A DNA stretch of 64,000 nucleotides from assembly GCA_045863235.1 (NCBI GenBank), contig BTUM01000006.1, forward strand, positions 64,001 through 128,000, read 5' to 3'. The notes below the pieces were generated by a model. It searched no databases. It was not told the DNA's origin and saw only the letters and a program-made list of their open reading frames with translations. Positions 9,153 to 19,325 of the stretch are shown in pieces; positions within the stretch are counted from its first letter, which is position 1; every line of letters begins with the position of its first letter. The DNA comes from Candidatus Xenobia bacterium (GTDB taxonomy: Bacteria > Vulcanimicrobiota > Xenobia > Xenobiales > QWHO01). A program made the translations under genes and the position numbers.

Positions 9153-9446
9153 ATGGGAAGCTTGTTCAGACGGAAACCGGCGGCTGAGGGTCCACCCGAC
9201 CCCGACCGGCTCAAGAGCCTTCTGTTCGACTCCGTGGCCCGGGGTCAGAAGGCCGAGACGGCCGCCCTGTGCCGCCAGCACCATGAGGCCATCTGGGGCT
9301 GCTGGCCGGGGTGGGTGTTCTTCCTCATGCAGCTTCAGTCCCAGCCGGATAAGGCGAAGGAATATGCCGCCTCGCTTCGGGGCATCGCGGACGCGATGGA
9401 CGAGGAGATGGGGGACAAGCGGTTCTTGAACGCGTTCGGGGGATAG
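9153..9446 (+). CDS. Small hypothetical protein
   Basis: 97-aa ORF MGSLFRRK... with plausible composition, fills the intergenic gap. Confidence 0.55.
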   Translation: MGSLFRRKPAAEGPPDPDRLKSLLFDSVARGQKAETAALCRQHHEAIWGCWPGWVFFLMQLQSQPDKAKEYAASLRGIADAMDEEMGDKRFLNAFGG

Positions 9447-9491
9447 ACCGGGCCAGTTCCCTGCCGCTCCATGCAAACGCGCGTTGCTACC

Positions 9492-9842
9492 TCAGGCCAC
9501 GCGCTCCATCGTGTTGATCTCGTTCACCTTCTGAGTGGAGCGTCCGGCGCGCAACTCGTCGAGTTTGCGCTGGGCCTCCAGGCGGGCCAGGCAGCCGCAG
9601 TTGGAAGACCCGCACTCGGGGCAGATGGCCACCTCGGGATAGGATTCCGCGCTGCCGGCGGCCAGGGAGCCGTCCTCCACCTTGCCCTGCTTGAGGGCCT
9701 GCTTGGCCTCCTGGCTGAACTGGACATGCTGGTCGTCGCGCAAGGCCTCGGCCTTGCCCGCAAAGTTCTTGCCTTCGGCGCTGCGCAGGTCGGACTTGCT
9801 CCAGCGGCTGGACATTCCGGCGATGCTTTGAGGAATCTGCAT
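9492..9842 (-). CDS. Small hypothetical protein with CPECGSSNCGC Cys cluster
   Basis: 116-aa ORF with host-like codon usage. Confidence 0.65.
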   Translation of the reverse strand: MQIPQSIAGMSSRWSKSDLRSAEGKNFAGKAEALRDDQHVQFSQEAKQALKQGKVEDGSLAAGSAESYPEVAICPECGSSNCGCLARLEAQRKLDELRAGRSTQKVNEINTMERVA

Positions 9843-9934
9843 GTCGAATGATTTCGCCTGACTCGCCTATCGCCCTTCTTCCGATCCACCGCTCCTTCCC
9901 TTTGGGAACGTTCGAACGACCGCCGGGGACCGGA

Positions 9935-9970
9935 GAAACAAAAAAGGCGCCCGCTCAAGCGGGCGCCTTC
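9935..9970 (-). terminator. Intrinsic terminator of the VOC gene
   Basis: 11-bp stem AAGGCGCCCGC/GCGGGCGCCTT followed by a T-run on the minus strand. Confidence 0.85.
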
Positions 9971-9981
9971 CCCAGAAGGCT

Positions 9982-10452
9982 TCAGGCGTGAGCCAGGACC
10001 TTCTTCTTGGAACGCTCCATGATCTCTTTGGGAGTCAGCGACTCCTTGCGGGTCATGAGCATCCATTCATGGCCGAACGGGTCCTTCACCTTGCCGTAGC
10101 GATCGCCCCAGAAGGCGTCTTCGAGCTTGGTGACCACCTTGGCGCCGGCCGAGACCGCGCGGTGGAAGACCTTGTCGCAGTCGAGGCAATAGAGCGTCAG
10201 AACCACCGGGGTGCCACCCAGCGCCTGGGGTGAGCGAGCGCCCATGTCCGGGAACTCGTCGCACAGGTAGAGGTGACAGCCGGCGATGTTCAGCTCGGCG
10301 TGCATGATCTTCTTGCCGTCGGGCGAAGGCATGCGCATCAGCTCTTCGGCCAGGAAGACCTTTTTGTAGAAATCGATCGCCTTGGCGGCATCCTTGACGA
10401 TCAGATGAGGAATCAGGGGCATTGCGCCCTGAGGAACCGGACTCAACTCCAT
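9982..10452 (-). CDS. VOC/glyoxalase family protein (PhnB-like)
   Basis: AIDFYKKVF, IMHAELNI, DAFWGDRYGKVKDPFGHEW. Confidence 0.92.
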   Translation of the reverse strand: MELSPVPQGAMPLIPHLIVKDAAKAIDFYKKVFLAEELMRMPSPDGKKIMHAELNIAGCHLYLCDEFPDMGARSPQALGGTPVVLTLYCLDCDKVFHRAVSAGAKVVTKLEDAFWGDRYGKVKDPFGHEWMLMTRKESLTPKEIMERSKKKVLAHA

Positions 10453-10573
10453 GTTGAGAACCCCCCTTCAGGATTAAGGTGGAGCGCGTTTCTCGCTAGC
10501 CACCCCCACTCCTGCTTTGAAAAACTGTCGATCTTGGCAGGAGTTCTTCGGCCCAGCACACAAACAGCCGCCC

Positions 10574-11488
10574 GTGAACGCCAGTCTGGCCACTTTCGAG
10601 CGCAGCACGCTGCCGCTTCCCGACCGTCGCGAGGGGAAAGTGCGCGACAGCTACGCCCTGGGTCAGGCCAGGCGGCTGTTCGTGACCACCGATCGCCTGT
10701 CGGCCTTCGACCGGGTGCTCGGCTGCGTGCCCTACAAGGGCCAGGTGCTCAACCAGCTGGCTGCCTGGTGGTTCGAGCGCACCGGACACATTCTGGCCAA
10801 CCACGCGCTGTCGGTCCCCGACGAGAATGCGCTGGTGGCGCGCGAGGCCACTCCCCTGCCGGTGGAGATCATCGTGCGCGGCTACATCACCGGGGTGACC
10901 GAGACCTCGCTCTGGTATCGCTACAGCCTGGGCGAGCGCACAATCTACGGTCACCAGCTGCCGGACGGCCTGACCATGGACCAGAAGCTGCCCGAGCCCC
11001 TGCTCACCCCCACCACCAAGGGAGGGCCGACCGGCCATGACGAACGGCTGACCTGCCGCCAGGTGACCGAGGAGGGCCATCTCGACGAGGCCACCTGGGA
11101 GAAGGCCAGCCAGGCGGCTCTGGCCCTGTTCGCCTTCGGCTCCGAAACAGCCCGAGAGCGCGGGCTGACCCTGGTGGACTCGAAGTACGAGTTCGGCACC
11201 ACCGCCGAGGGAGAGCTGATCCTGATCGACGAGGTGCATACCCCCGACAGCTCGCGCTTCTGGAAGGACGGAGAGAACCTGGACAAGGAGTTCGTGCGCC
11301 GCGCCTTCGCCGAGCAGGGCTATCGGGGCGAAGGGGAGCCACCCGCGATGCCCCCCGAGCTGTGGCAACGCGCCAGCAAGCTCTATATCTCTATCTTTGA
11401 GCTGCTGACCGGCCAGGGCTTTGTGCCCGGCCAGCAGCCGGTGGGTCCGCGCCTGGAGCGCAACCTGCGCCAGGAGGGCTGGCTGTGA
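10574..11488 (+). CDS. purC: SAICAR synthase
   Basis: [46 protein letters not shown]; start GTG 10574 (alternative 10517). Confidence 0.95.
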   Translation: MNASLATFERSTLPLPDRREGKVRDSYALGQARRLFVTTDRLSAFDRVLGCVPYKGQVLNQLAAWWFERTGHILANHALSVPDENALVAREATPLPVEIIVRGYITGVTETSLWYRYSLGERTIYGHQLPDGLTMDQKLPEPLLTPTTKGGPTGHDERLTCRQVTEEGHLDEATWEKASQAALALFAFGSETARERGLTLVDSKYEFGTTAEGELILIDEVHTPDSSRFWKDGENLDKEFVRRAFAEQGYRGEGEPPAMPPELWQRASKLYISIFELLTGQGFVPGQQPVGPRLERNLRQEGWL

Positions 11489-11970
11489 ATCCGCTGGTGG
11501 GCGTGGTGATGGGCTCCAGGAGCGACTGGGATACGATGCGCGAGGCCAGCGCTCTGCTCGAGCAACTGGGCATCGCCCACGAGGTGCGGGTGGTCAGCGC
11601 TCATCGCACTCCCGACCTTCTCTTCGAGTACGCCGAGACCGCTCGCAAGCGCGGCCTGCAGGTGATCATCGCCGGCGCCGGGGGGGCCGCCCACCTGCCC
11701 GGGATGCTGGCCAGCAAAACCAGCCTTCCCGTGCTCGGCGTGCCGGTGCAGTCGCGGTCGCTCCAGGGGATGGACTCGCTGCTCTCCATCGTTCAGATGC
11801 CCCGGGGCGTGCCCGTGGGCACGCTGGCCATCGGGCCGGCGGGGGCTGCCAACGCAGCCCTGCTGGCCGCCTCCATCCTGAGCCTGCAGGACCTAAAAGT
11901 GCTCCAGGCCCTGGAGAGTTATCGCAAGAAACAGACCGAGGGCTCGCTGGCGGTAGGAGACCCGCGATGA
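11485..11970 (+). CDS. purE: N5-CAIR mutase
   Basis: [36 protein letters not shown]. Confidence 0.97.
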   Translation: MNPLVGVVMGSRSDWDTMREASALLEQLGIAHEVRVVSAHRTPDLLFEYAETARKRGLQVIIAGAGGAAHLPGMLASKTSLPVLGVPVQSRSLQGMDSLLSIVQMPRGVPVGTLAIGPAGAANAALLAASILSLQDLKVLQALESYRKKQTEGSLAVGDPR

Positions 11971-12935
11971 AGATCGGCGTGCTCGGGGGCGGCCAGCTCG
12001 GTCGCATGCTGGCCCTGGCCGGCATTCCCATGGGACTGGAGTTCCGCTTTCTGGAGGAACGCCCCGAGGCCGTGCGCGGTCTGGGCGAGTGCTGCACCGA
12101 CCTGGAGGAGTTCGCCCGGGAGCTGGACGCGGTCACCTTCGAGTTTGAGAACGTGCCCCTCGAGTCGGTGCGCTGGCTCGAGCAGCGCCTGCCGGTCTGG
12201 CCATCCTCGCGGGCCCTGGAGGTCTCTTGCGACCGGCTGGCCGAGAAAGAATTCCTGCGCTCGCTTTCCATCCCCACCGCTCCCTACGGCCCGGACATCG
12301 CCTACCCGGCCCTGGCCAAGAAGCGGCGGCTGGGCTACGACGGCAAGGGCCAGCGCCGCATCGCCCGGCCCGACGAGCTCAAAGAGGATGAGCTGGCCGA
12401 GGAGATCCTCGCGTTCGAGCGCGAGCTGGCCCTGCTGGCGGTGCGCTCCAAAGCAGGCGAGATCAGGACCTATCCTCTCACCGAGACGGTGCATCGCGAC
12501 GGCATCCTGGTCAAAGCGAGCGCGCCGGCCGAAGGGCCGTTCTGCGAATACGCCCGCTTGATCCTGGAGAAGCTCGATTACGTGGGGGTGCTGGCCCTGG
12601 AGATGTTCGAGCATCAGGGTCGCCTGCTGGCCAACGAGCTGGCCCCGCGGGTGCACAACTCGGGCCACTGGACCATCGAGGGCGCCCTCACCAGCCAGTT
12701 CGAGAACCACCTGCGGGCCGGTCTGGGCTGGCCGCTGGGGGACACGAAAGCCCGCGATCAGGTCGTGATGTACAACCTGATCGGCGAGCTGCCCGGTCCC
12801 GAGCGCTTCCCGGGAGCCCACTACCACGCCTATGGCAAAGCTCCCCGGCCGGGGCGCAAGGTTGGCCACGTCACGCTGCTGGGCGGCGGCATCCTTCCCG
12901 AGCTGGAGGTGGCCTGTGCTCGATCGGCCCCGTGA
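11967..12935 (+). CDS. purK: N5-CAIR synthetase
   Basis: [52 protein letters not shown] overlap with purE. Confidence 0.95.
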   Translation: MKIGVLGGGQLGRMLALAGIPMGLEFRFLEERPEAVRGLGECCTDLEEFARELDAVTFEFENVPLESVRWLEQRLPVWPSSRALEVSCDRLAEKEFLRSLSIPTAPYGPDIAYPALAKKRRLGYDGKGQRRIARPDELKEDELAEEILAFERELALLAVRSKAGEIRTYPLTETVHRDGILVKASAPAEGPFCEYARLILEKLDYVGVLALEMFEHQGRLLANELAPRVHNSGHWTIEGALTSQFENHLRAGLGWPLGDTKARDQVVMYNLIGELPGPERFPGAHYHAYGKAPRPGRKVGHVTLLGGGILPELEVACARSAP

Positions 12936-14325
12936 AGAGTGCGGCGTGCTGGGCATCTGCGCCCCTGGCCAGGACGTGGCCCGCATGGCCTTCTTCGGCC
13001 TGTTCGCCCTGCAGCACCGGGGCCAGGAGGCGGCCGGGATCGCCGCCACCGACGGCACCGCCATCCGCATCCACAAGGGGCTGGGGCTGGTGGCCCAGGC
13101 CTTCGATGAGACCGCCCTGGCGCCCCTGACCGGCCCCCTGGCCATCGCTCACACCCGCTATTCCACCACCGGAGAGCCCCAGCTTCGCAACGCCCAGCCC
13201 TTCGTACTCGAAACCAGGCACGGCCCGGTGGCGGTGGCTCACAACGGCAACCTGATCAACGCCGCGATGCTGCGTCGCGAGCTTCTGGAGAACGGCATCG
13301 GCCTGTCCTCGAGCTCGGACACCGAGGTGCTGATCATGATGCTGGCCGGGTCGGGGGGCGAGAGCTGGACCGAGCGCATCAAGAGCTGCATGGCCCGCTG
13401 GCGGGGGGCTTACTGCCTGACGGTGCTGACCCGCGAGGCGGTCTACGCTGTGCGCGATCCCTGGGGCTTCCGCCCTTTGAGCGTGGGCAAGCTGCCCGAT
13501 GGAGGCTGGGCGGCCGCTTCCGAGACCGGGGCGCTGCGCACTCTCGGCTGCAACGAGATCCGCGAAGTGGAGCCGGGCCAGATCGTGCGCCTGACGGCCG
13601 ACGAGGTCGAGGTGACTCAGGGCATCAAGCCCGCCCCCCGGCGCGCGCTCTGCGTCTTCGAGCACGTCTACTTTTCTCGCCCCGACGCACGCTTTGACGA
13701 CCTGTCGGTGCACGCCGTGCGCCAGCGGCTGGGCGAGGAGCTGGCCCGCGAGCATCCGGCCGAGGTGGACGTGGTCATCCCCGTGCCCGACTCCAGCGTG
13801 CCCGCGGCCATCGGCTACGCCCGCGAGCTCAATCTCGAGTACAACGACGGCTTCATCAAGAACCGTTACATCGGCCGCACCTTCATCCAGCCCAGCGACG
13901 CCCTGCGGCGCCAGGGCGTGGCCATGAAGTTCCTGCCCCTGGCCGACAACCTGAAGGGGCGCCGGGTGGTGATGATCGACGACAGCATCGTGCGCGGCAA
14001 CACCTCCGGCCAGCTCGTCACCATGCTGCGCCAGGCGGGGGCGAGCCAGGTGCACATGCGCATCACCTGCCCGCCCATTTTGCACCCCTGCTACATGGGG
14101 GTGGACATGGGCACCTATGACGAGCTGATCGCCCATCGTCTCGGGCCCGAGCAGATCGGCCAGGCGGTGGGGGCTGACAGCCTGGCCTTCTTGTCGCTGG
14201 AGGGGATGATGCGCGCGGTGGGCCGTCCTGACGGCTACTGCCAGGCCTGTTTCACCGGGGACTATCCGCTGGATCTGTCCCACGATCGTCTGAAAACCGG
14301 GTTTGAGGGAGCCATCGCCGGATGA
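12916..14325 (+). CDS. purF: Amidophosphoribosyltransferase
   Basis: EECGV, LQHRGQE, HTRYSTTG, HNGNL, PRPP loop VMIDDSIVRGNT, Fe-S cysteines (PCYMG, YCQAC). Confidence 0.97.
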   Translation: MLDRPREECGVLGICAPGQDVARMAFFGLFALQHRGQEAAGIAATDGTAIRIHKGLGLVAQAFDETALAPLTGPLAIAHTRYSTTGEPQLRNAQPFVLETRHGPVAVAHNGNLINAAMLRRELLENGIGLSSSSDTEVLIMMLAGSGGESWTERIKSCMARWRGAYCLTVLTREAVYAVRDPWGFRPLSVGKLPDGGWAAASETGALRTLGCNEIREVEPGQIVRLTADEVEVTQGIKPAPRRALCVFEHVYFSRPDARFDDLSVHAVRQRLGEELAREHPAEVDVVIPVPDSSVPAAIGYARELNLEYNDGFIKNRYIGRTFIQPSDALRRQGVAMKFLPLADNLKGRRVVMIDDSIVRGNTSGQLVTMLRQAGASQVHMRITCPPILHPCYMGVDMGTYDELIAHRLGPEQIGQAVGADSLAFLSLEGMMRAVGRPDGYCQACFTGDYPLDLSHDRLKTGFEGAIAG

Positions 14326-15614
14326 AGGTGCTGCTGGTGGGAGGGGGAGGTCGCGAGCACGCGCTGGCCTGGAAGCTGGTCGCTTCGCCGCTCCTGGACG
14401 AGCTGGTGGTGACTCCGGGCAACGCCGGCACGCGGCTGATGGCGGGCCAGCCATTGGACTCGACTCAGCGGGCCGAGGCGCGCTCTGGTCCACTGCAGGT
14501 CGTCACCCGGGTGCTCGCCCTGGGACGGTGCGGGGCGCCGGTTCGCCACGAAACGAGCAGCCCGGAGGAGCTCTGCCGTCGGGAGCGCTTCGACCTGGTG
14601 GTGGTCGGCCCCGAGGCGCCCCTGGCCGCGGGGCTGGGCGACCGGCTGGAAGTGCCGGTCTTCGGGCCTTCCCAGCGCGCGGCCGAGATCGAGAGCTCCA
14701 AGAGCTTCTCCAAGGACTTCATGCTGCGCCATGGCATCCCCACTGCCCGGCACCGCTGTTTCACCGATCCCGAGCAGGCCCGCGCCTATGTCGCCGGGGT
14801 CGATCATCCGGTGGTGCTCAAGGCCAGCGGCCTGGCAGCCGGGAAGGGAGTGCTGCTGCCCGAGCCCGGCCCGGCCACCCTGGATGCGCTCGAGGCCCTG
14901 ATGCGGACCGAGGCCGGCCGCGAGGTGGTCGTCGAGGAGCGACTCGAGGGCCGCGAGGTCTCGCTGATGGGCTTTTGCGACGGCGAGCGGGTGCTGCCCA
15001 TGCGGGCGGTGCGCGACCACAAGCGCCTGCTCGACGGCGACCGCGGTCCCAACACCGGCGGGATGGGGGCCGTGTCGCTGGAGGACGAGGTGGGGGAGTG
15101 GTGCGAGCTGGCCCTGGAGCCGGCCGTGAAAGGCCTCAGGTCCGAGGGCCGGCCCTTCGTGGGCGTGCTCTACGCGGGCCTGATGCTGACCCCTGATGGC
15201 CCCCGGGTGCTGGAGTACAACTGCCGCTTCGGAGACCCCGAGACCCAGGTGCTCATGGCCTTGCTCGAAAGTGATCTGCTGGAAGTGTGCCTGGCCTGCG
15301 CCGGCGGCAGGCTGGAAGAGGCGCGCTTTGGCGCGGGCCAGGCTGCCTGCGTGGTGATGGCCTCGCAAGGCTATCCCGACACGCCCCGCACGGGCGATGC
15401 GATCGACCTGGGAGCCGACCGCCCGGACAGCGTCGTCTTCCACGCCGGGACGAAGCTCGTGGGGGATCGGATCGTGACCGCCGGCGGGCGGGTGCTGGGC
15501 GTCACCGGGCTCGGCGCCACGCTCGAGCAGGCTCTGGGCCGAGCCTATGAGCGCGTCGGCGCCATCCACTTCCAAGGGGCCCACTACCGCACCGACATCG
15601 GGAGGACCGCATGA
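14322..15614 (+). CDS. purD: Phosphoribosylamine-glycine ligase
   Basis: GGGGREHAL, VVGPEAPL, KASGLAAGKGV, GPNTGGMG, EYNCRFGDPE, HYRTDIG. Confidence 0.96.
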   Translation: MKVLLVGGGGREHALAWKLVASPLLDELVVTPGNAGTRLMAGQPLDSTQRAEARSGPLQVVTRVLALGRCGAPVRHETSSPEELCRRERFDLVVVGPEAPLAAGLGDRLEVPVFGPSQRAAEIESSKSFSKDFMLRHGIPTARHRCFTDPEQARAYVAGVDHPVVLKASGLAAGKGVLLPEPGPATLDALEALMRTEAGREVVVEERLEGREVSLMGFCDGERVLPMRAVRDHKRLLDGDRGPNTGGMGAVSLEDEVGEWCELALEPAVKGLRSEGRPFVGVLYAGLMLTPDGPRVLEYNCRFGDPETQVLMALLESDLLEVCLACAGGRLEEARFGAGQAACVVMASQGYPDTPRTGDAIDLGADRPDSVVFHAGTKLVGDRIVTAGGRVLGVTGLGATLEQALGRAYERVGAIHFQGAHYRTDIGRTA

Positions 15615-16585
15615 CCGACTACGCCAGCTCCGGGGTCGATCTTCAAGCCGGCTCGCGCACCGTGGAGTTGATGGCCGAGGCGGTGCGCTCGACCTACGGG
15701 CCCGAGGTCCTGGCCGGCCTGGGCAGCTTCGGCGGCATCTACGACGCCAGCGCCCTGAAGAGCTTGAAAGCGCCCCTGCTGGTCGCCTCCACCGACGGGG
15801 TGGGCACCAAGGTGATGCTGGCCGCCCGTTTCGATCGCTTCGAGTCGCTCGGGGCCGACCTGGTCAACCACTGCGTCAACGACATCCTGGTGCAGGGGGC
15901 CCGTCCGCTCTTCTTTCTGGACTACCTGGCCAGCTCCAAGCTCGAGCCCGACAAGCTGGCCCGGGTGGTGACCGGGATGGCGGCAGCCTGCCGCGAGGCC
16001 GGCTGCGCCCTTCTTGGCGGTGAGACGGCCGAGATGCCGGGCGTCTACTGCGAGGGTCAGCTGGACGTGGTGGGGACGGTGGTGGGCCTGGTGGATCGCT
16101 CCGAGCGCCTGCCCCGCACCGGCCTTGCCCCGGGGGACGTGCTGGTGGGACTGGCCTCGAGCGGTCCGCACACCAACGGATACTCGCTGATCCGCAAGCT
16201 CTTTCCCGACCCGGATGCCGAGCTGGTGGAGGCACTGCTTCAGCCCCACCGTTCCTACCTGCGCACGCTGGGGGCCAGGTTGGGTCGGGTGAAGGCGCTG
16301 GCCCACATCACCGGGGGAGGGCTGCTCGAGAATCTGCCCCGGGTGCTGCCGATGGGCCTGCGGGCCCGAGTGGTCCGCTCGCGCTGGAAGGTTCCCCCGC
16401 TCTACGAGCGCATCGCCAGTCAGGGCGTGGCCGAGGAGGAGATGTTCCGGGTCTTCAACATGGGCATCGGGATGGTGGCCGTGCTGTCCGAGAGCGAGGT
16501 GGAGGCATTCTGCGAAGGTCTGGGGGTGGAGTCGTACGTGCTGGGCCAGCTGGAGACCGGCGAGCGGAGCGTGGTGCTGACGTGA
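15611..16585 (+). CDS. purM: AIR synthase
   Basis: YASSGVD, STDGVGTK, GGETAEMPG, HTNGYSL, HITGGG, FNMGIG. Confidence 0.97.
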   Translation: MTDYASSGVDLQAGSRTVELMAEAVRSTYGPEVLAGLGSFGGIYDASALKSLKAPLLVASTDGVGTKVMLAARFDRFESLGADLVNHCVNDILVQGARPLFFLDYLASSKLEPDKLARVVTGMAAACREAGCALLGGETAEMPGVYCEGQLDVVGTVVGLVDRSERLPRTGLAPGDVLVGLASSGPHTNGYSLIRKLFPDPDAELVEALLQPHRSYLRTLGARLGRVKALAHITGGGLLENLPRVLPMGLRARVVRSRWKVPPLYERIASQGVAEEEMFRVFNMGIGMVAVLSESEVEAFCEGLGVESYVLGQLETGERSVVLT

Positions 16586-17172
16586 AGCGTCTGGTGGTGC
16601 TGGTTTCGGGCAACGGATCCAACCTGCAGGCGATCCTGGATGCCTGCCGGGAGGGACGACTGAAGGCTGAGGTGGCCCTGGTGGTCAGCAACCGGCCCGG
16701 GGTCTACGCGCTGGAGCGGGCCCGCGCGGCCGGGGTCGAAGCCCTGGTGCTCTCGCGCGATGGGCGCTCGCGGCGCGAGTATGACGCCGCCCTGGCCGAG
16801 CTGGTGGCGGCCGCCCGGCCCGACCGGGTGGTGCTGGCCGGCTTTCTGCACATTCTCTCGAGCGCATTTCTGGAGCGTTTTCCCGACCGGGTCCTGAACC
16901 TGCACCCGGCGCTGCCCGGCGCTTTTCCGGGCCTGAACGCCATCGAGCGCGCCTTTGAGGCGGGCCTGGAGCAGACCGGGGTGATGGTGCACCGGGTGGA
17001 CGAGGGCGTCGATACCGGGCCGGTGCTGGGGGTGGAGCAGGTGAGCATCCACCCCGAGGACACCCTGGAAAGCTTGACCGAGCGGATTCATCAGGCCGAG
17101 CATCGGCTCTTGATCCGCTGTCTACAGGAGGAACTGAGCGATGAAACGAGCCCTGCTGTCCGTCTCGGATAA
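16582..17172 (+). CDS. purN: GAR formyltransferase
   Basis: SGNGSNLQA, LAGF, NLHPALP, TGVMVHRVDEGVDTGP. Confidence 0.96.
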   Translation: MKRLVVLVSGNGSNLQAILDACREGRLKAEVALVVSNRPGVYALERARAAGVEALVLSRDGRSRREYDAALAELVAAARPDRVVLAGFLHILSSAFLERFPDRVLNLHPALPGAFPGLNAIERAFEAGLEQTGVMVHRVDEGVDTGPVLGVEQVSIHPEDTLESLTERIHQAEHRLLIRCLQEELSDETSPAVRLG

Positions 17173-18622
17173 GACCGGACTGACCACTTTTGCGGCCGGC
17201 CTGGCCGAGCTGGGATACTCCCTGCTGGCCACGGGAGGCACGGCCAGCCTGCTGCGCGAGCACGGGCTGCCGGTGGAGGAGGTGAGCCACTACACCGGCT
17301 CGCCCGAGATCTTGCAGGGCCGGGTCAAGACGCTGCACCCGGCCATCCACGGCGGCCTGCTGGCCCGCGACTCTTCAGACGACCGGCGCGAGTTGACCTC
17401 GTGCGGCTGGGACTACCTCGACCTGGTGGTGGTCAACCTCTACCCTTTCGAAGCCACCGTGGCCCGTCCGGGGGTGACGCTGGAGGAGGCGGTGGAGCAG
17501 ATCGACATCGGGGGCGTGGCCATGATCCGGGCGGCCGCCAAGAACCACTCGCGGGTGGTGCTGGTGTGCGACCCGGCCGATTACGAGCGGGTGCTGGGGG
17601 CCCTGCGGGGCAACGGGCTCTCTTCTGAGGAAAGGCGCGCGCTGGCGGTCAAGGGCTTCCAGATGACGGCCCGTTATGATCGGGCGATCTCGCACTACTT
17701 CGAGCCCGCGGTCGAGAGCCTGGACCTTTATCCGGTGCAGCACCTGCGCTACGGGGAGAACCCGCACCAGGCCGCCCGCCTGCTCTCCTGGACTCCGGGA
17801 GGGCGTCCCCTGGGGGGCGAGCTGCTGTCGGGCAAGGAGCTTTCGTACAACAACCTGCTCGACCTGGATGCCGCCTGGCGGGCCGTGGAGGGCTACTCAG
17901 AGCCTTGCGCCTGCCTGATCAAGCACCTCTCGCCCTGTGGGATGGCCACCGCCTCGACCCTGGCCGAGGCGGTGAAGCTGGCCCGGGCCTGCGATCCGGT
18001 CTCGGCCTTCGGAGGCATCCTGGCCGTCAACCGTCCGCTGGACGCCGATTCGGTGGCCGAGCTGGAGGAGCTCTTCCTGGAGGCCATCGCCGCTCCGGCT
18101 TTCCCGGTGAACCTGGAGAAGCGCAAGAACTGCCGCCTGCTGGCCATGGGCTTGCTGGAGGATCCGCCCGGCGACTTCCGCAGCGTTCGCGGCGGTATGC
18201 TCTGGCAAGAGCGCGACCAGGGCGACCCGGCCGAGACCGTCTGGCAGACCGTCTCCAAGCGCCACCCTACCCCGGACGAGCAGGCTGACCTGGCCTTCGC
18301 CTGGCGAGTCTGTGAGCACGTCAAGTCCAACGCCATCGTGCTGGTGAAGGGCCAGGCCACGGTGGGCATCGGCGGAGGCCAGCCCAACCGGGTCGACTGC
18401 GTGCGCATCGCGGCGCAGCGGGCAGGAGAGCGATCGGTGGGCTCGGTGCTGGCCTCGGATGCGTTCTTCCCCTTCCCCGACTCGGTCGAGGTGGCCGCGG
18501 CCGCGGGCGTAACGGCGGTGATTCATCCCGGCGGCTCGGTGCGCGACGATGAGGTGCTCGAGGCCTGTGATCGCCTGGGATTGGCCGTGGTGCTGACCGG
18601 AGTGCGCCACTTCCGGCATTGA
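17141..18622 (+). CDS. purH: Bifunctional AICAR formyltransferase/IMP cyclohydrolase
   Basis: ALLSVSDK, GRVKTLHP, IDIGG, LRYGENPHQ, SAFGG, KSNAI, ASDAFFPF, RHFRH. Confidence 0.97.
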   Translation: MKRALLSVSDKTGLTTFAAGLAELGYSLLATGGTASLLREHGLPVEEVSHYTGSPEILQGRVKTLHPAIHGGLLARDSSDDRRELTSCGWDYLDLVVVNLYPFEATVARPGVTLEEAVEQIDIGGVAMIRAAAKNHSRVVLVCDPADYERVLGALRGNGLSSEERRALAVKGFQMTARYDRAISHYFEPAVESLDLYPVQHLRYGENPHQAARLLSWTPGGRPLGGELLSGKELSYNNLLDLDAAWRAVEGYSEPCACLIKHLSPCGMATASTLAEAVKLARACDPVSAFGGILAVNRPLDADSVAELEELFLEAIAAPAFPVNLEKRKNCRLLAMGLLEDPPGDFRSVRGGMLWQERDQGDPAETVWQTVSKRHPTPDEQADLAFAWRVCEHVKSNAIVLVKGQATVGIGGGQPNRVDCVRIAAQRAGERSVGSVLASDAFFPFPDSVEVAAAAGVTAVIHPGGSVRDDEVLEACDRLGLAVVLTGVRHFRH

Positions 18623-18628
18623 TGGGCA

Positions 18629-19000
18629 TCAGCCCAGCTTCAGGTTAGGAGTTCCCGCGAAGTCACGCGAGTTCTCGGTCAACAGGGTGGCTCCCGCGAG
18701 GGCGGCGGTGACCCCAACCACGATGTCCCCAGCTCTTCCCCGCGGTGAGCCCAGCCGGCGAAAGATCTCGCCGGCGTGAAAGGCAATCTCTTCGGTCAGG
18801 GGAACGATGCCATCGCTCGTCAAGAAGCTGCGACCAACGGCCAGCTGCCGTGGTGTGCGCGGCCCCCGACAGAACTCCTACCAGGCCAGGCTGCTCATCT
18901 GGATCTGGACGAGAGCTTGACTCAACTCCAGCAGTGAGGTGCGCTCGGGTCCGGGCTCTGAAAGGGCCAGCACCAGGAGGTTCGTGTCCAGGTGGTTCAG
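18629..19000 (-). pseudogene. vapC: VapC/PIN-domain toxin pseudogene
   Basis: Frame reads LNHLDTNLL...SSLAW*EFCRG...RAGDIVVG...LLTENSRDF; in-frame TAG at 18878-18880 and no canonical start. Confidence 0.85.
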
Positions 19001-19001
19001 G

Positions 19002-19248
19002 CTAATAGCTCGCGTCCTCGCTCTTCAAACGCCGAATTTCGTCCCTGGCATCGTGCCCCGCAAACAGATCGAAAAGCTCGTGGAGGGCCTTGACCCTCTG
19101 GTCGCGGAACTCGGGGGTCACCCCGACCATTTTGTCGCGATAATCGAGCCCGACGAATGACCTCGGACATCGAGATGTGCAGCCTTCCAGAGAGCTGATG
19201 GGCTGCCGCCAATGAGGCGGAGTCCAGGACCACTGTTGTTCGTTTCAT
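19002..19248 (-). pseudogene. RHH/CopG-type antitoxin, frameshifted
   Basis: MKRTTVVLD...SMSEVIRRA; after ~19146 the plausible continuation DYRDKMVGVTPEFRDQRVKALHELF...EDASY* lies in another frame and ends just before vapC. Confidence 0.75.
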
Positions 19249-19286
19249 AACTTACAGCTTCCATAAGACATGTCAAGAACCCCCGG
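19249..19286 (-). promoter_or_regulatory. Putative sigma70 promoter/operator of the toxin-antitoxin pair
   Basis: Consensus TTGACA (19281-19286, minus strand) overlapping the palindrome GACATGTC, plus a CTTA-N9-TAAG inverted repeat; the -10 position is unclear. Confidence 0.4.
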
Positions 19287-19325
19287 GAGGAACTTCTTCC
19301 AGCAGGCTGGCATTGAGGCGATCAG

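Noticed and set aside
10453..10573. Possible purine/ZTP/PRPP riboswitch before purC (8-bp stem ACTCCTGC/GCAGGAGT)
   Set aside because: The region is short, shared with a divergent gene, and has no recognisable aptamer consensus
14455..14491. Resemblance of the purD insert to 18917-18952 in vapC (GACTCxACTC...GAGGxGCGCTCxGGTCC)
   Set aside because: Short, gapped and GC-rich; the second copy is ordinary vapC coding sequence, so chance is likely
18878..18880. TAG readthrough or pyrrolysine in vapC
   Set aside because: TAG is used as a normal stop elsewhere in the window and the partner gene is also broken
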